Made by a program: the position numbers and the translations under genes. Shown here piece after piece: positions 61,425-64,000 of a stretch of DNA of 64,000 bases. The notes under the pieces are model-generated. The model searched no databases, was not told where the DNA came from, and worked only from the letters and a program-made list of their open reading frames with translations. This DNA comes from Oculina patagonica. Its lineage: Eukaryota. The stretch spans positions 10,478,001 to 10,542,000 of the forward strand of contig NC_135766.1 in the NCBI RefSeq assembly GCF_052425735.1, written 5' to 3'. Position 1 is the first letter of the stretch; each line of letters begins with the position of its first letter.

Positions 61425-61558
61425 GCCCTGATTGTTCAAAAGTTAGTTAACGCTAAATCACTATCCAGTGGATACGATACTATGTTTTGTTAAGACTTAC
61501 CTACTGAGTAGTGATTTATCTGTTGGGTAGCGTTATCCGCCCTTTGAACAACTGGGGC
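61425..61558. mobile_element. Harbinger-type MITE inserted in a CORE-type SINE
   Basis: CAG|GCCCTGATTGTTCAAA ... TTTGAACAACTGGGGC|CAG. The flanks rejoin to the SINE core CTCTCCACCCAGGAGTATAAATGGG. Confidence 0.78.
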
Positions 61559-61840
61559 CAGGAGTATAAATGGGTTCCGTGTTTGTTGGATTAACCTGAC
61601 AGAATGCTAGGAAGTTACTAGCCGTCAAGGTCATTGGGCTTAAAGGCTGTACTAATAAACACTAACAAATTTATCGACTTTGAATTCTGCGGTCCATAGC
61701 TAACCCATAGCACTGGTTTTTAAGTTGAATACCAGATTCTAGATAACATAAAAAGCTAATCGAGAATACATATTTCAGTACAAAACGTAGAGTTTCATCT
61801 AAATGCACGTGCGGGTATTTTCTTGTTGTAACGACGTTAA

Positions 61841-63863
61841 TTAGTGACGTTTAACAACTCTAATTTGGTAAGGAGATGGAAACCGAGTGACGCCAGATAC
61901 ACCACTGAGATCCGGTAGAGTGCCATTCTCCGACGGCAGAAATGTGAACTTGTGCAGCATCCAGGACAAGAAAAAGAACAGCTCCACCTTCAAAGAGAGA
62001 ATAAAATACAAAAAAATGTGAGAGACATACTCTGTGCACGAGGAGATCAGAGCTTAAACTTCCTCAATGCTACCAATTTTGAACTGTTTTTCGTTAAGTT
62101 CTAAGCAATGTACTGTACAATTTTAAAGAAGCTGTTCTAATAAGATGCTCAGGTTTAAATTGACGGAAGGAATGTTAGATGTTAACACCGTGAACTTGAA
62201 CGTAGACATAAATGTCTGATTGGTATGTTGACAATATTTATCCCAAAGAAATAACAATGCATAGAGCAACTACCAAGCATTAACTGCCTTACATACTCAT
62301 TAGACTACGAGCAGTCCCTATTTTTTCGCAGAGTCCGTCGAACTCTTTGAAAAAAAATTTCGCTTCAAGCTCGACGGACTCTGCGAAAAAATAGGGACTG
62401 CTCGTAGTCTACATACTCATTTTCTTTATAGACCTGGTAGGAGAGAGCTACAGTTCAAGAGTGAAGTTTCTTGGTTTGTCACAAAGCACAAGGGCACTAA
62501 ACGCACTCAAAGCCAAGACCCTATCTCATGCAGTTCCCATAAGGGCATCTTCCCGTTAAATGGGTACCAGTAAAGTCTTCCGATACCTGGTTTTAGTTAC
62601 TGTTGGGGAGAACCTGCAATTAACGACATTCGCATCCGGTGGCGGGAGGGGATGAAAGGCGTAGCGATATCCAAGATAGTCGCTTTTTGCAACAGAAACA
62701 AGCGGGTTTAGGTTACAGCCGTGACGAGCCACAACAGGTCTACGATCTCTAGTGTAAGGAATTTATTTTTGTAACTTATTGTTGGGGTAAGTCCACTAAC
62801 AAGAAGTATACAGAATGACGGTTTGTTCTGACCTTTGCCAGTGCTTCACCAGCACAAACCCGGCGTCCTGCCGAGAAGGGCAGAAAGTTACCAGAGTTGG
62901 TAATAAGCTGGCCATCAGCATCAATGTGGCGGCGAGGGTTAAAGGAGTTTGGATTCTCCCAGCAGCTTGGATCCAGATGGACATTCATCAAATTGACCAG
63001 CACTACTGTATCCTTGGGAACGCGGTACCCAGCTAACGAAGTGTCTTTAAGGGTGTAATGGGGAATGGCGGCTTCAGCAACATTTCCCAGTCGTAGTGCT
63101 TCCATTATCGTGGCTTGGACGAGCGGAAGATTCGGACGATCATCCAGCCCTGGCATTCGTTCCCTTCCAACCACTTCATCAAGCTGGCTCTGTACCTCTG
63201 TTTGGCATTCGGGATAGTGAACCAGATAAGCAATGGCCCAACGCAGAGTAGTACTGGTTGTCTCATAACCAGCAGCGAACATGTCTTCCAAGGTGTTGAT
63301 GATGTAGTCATCTGACAGAATAGATGCTTTGTCTTCTGCACCCACTTCACTTTCAGCTGCAATCCTCTCTTTTAAGAGACTTTCACTTAGGCTCTCGATC
63401 GCCGCTGTGGAGTCAAATTCATGCTGCTGTACCTTTAAAAGTCGACGAAGAATTTCAAAAATATCGTCAGCCATTTTCTGCTCTAATTGATAACATTGGA
63501 AAGGGAAGTATTTTGCTATTGGAAAAAAATCTAAAACAAACTCTTGAGCACTTATGTCAGTGTCTGTTAAAGACTCATTATTTAATCTCAACAGTTCTTT
63601 AAAATCCGGATGGGACGAATCGAAGTGCTTCCCAAATGTGATTCGACAGATCACGTTTGCAACACTTTCCATTAGAATCTGTGCAGGGTCAAAGTCCTTT
63701 CCATTCTGGTCCTCAAAATACTGCATCAGCCTTTCTGCATGTTCAGAGATCCTTTCTTCTACCAGCTCCTGATCAGATAGATATTGCCGTATAGCTGTAA
63801 CAAACAGCTTTCGGTGAAATTTCCAGGCAGGACCATAGTTTCCTGCTGCAATATCCTTTCCAC
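61841..63863 (-). CDS. Cytochrome P450, clan 2 / CYP17A1-like (copy D); exons 1-2 lie beyond the right window edge
   Basis: Exon 3 62833-63863 (1031 nt, open) and exon 4 61841-61987 (147 nt). Motifs AAGYETT, EALR and FSAGRRVCAG. Confidence 0.92.
62301..62411. mobile_element. 111-bp hairpin MITE with TAG..CTA ends and 9-bp TSD
   Basis: About 40-bp perfect TIR starting TAGACTACGAGCAGTCCCTATTTTTTCGCAGAGTCCGTCGA; CATACTCAT on both flanks. Confidence 0.88.
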
Positions 63864-64000
63864 CTTAAATATAAGAATGTAAAAGTTAGACTAGACACGA
63901 CTAGACTAGACTCGATCAGGGTCCGGCTGTTCACGGAACGATACATCTCATCCAGGATAAGCCTAAAGATTTGTATTTTATTCTGCATAAATCGGTTCGA

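Noticed and set aside
1-64000. Octocoral-type terpene biosynthetic gene cluster
   Set aside because: No terpene synthase, prenyltransferase or other scaffold enzyme is recognisable in the window; only P450s, a transporter and a receptor.

Overview
Eukaryotic, intron-containing, AT-rich and TE-dense genomic DNA. The gene set and repeat families point to an anthozoan cnidarian, probably a stony coral (inference). It holds a cluster of four 4-exon clan-2 (CYP17A1-like) cytochrome P450 paralogs: copy A is 3'-partial and has an I-helix Thr->Pro change, copy B is an inverted chimeric pseudogene, copy C is complete (510 aa) and copy D is 5'-partial. There is also an orphan CYP exon-1 fragment. Between copies A and B lie a complete 9-coding-exon OATP/SLCO transporter (647 aa, probable GC-AG last intron) and an intronless class C (CaSR-like) GPCR. 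Two tRNA genes (Thr-AGT, Val-AAC) lie between copies B and C. Repeats include a decayed Crypton tyrosine-recombinase transposon with 24-bp inverted repeats, RTE and CR1/L2 LINE fragments, Deu/Nin- and CORE-type SINEs, Penelope remnants with minimal hammerhead ribozymes, many nested MITEs and a 78-bp hairpin-containing satellite. Two assembly gaps: 22372-22612 and 42095-42227. All splice models were built by hand from GT(GC)-AG signals and phase, without transcript data or database searches.
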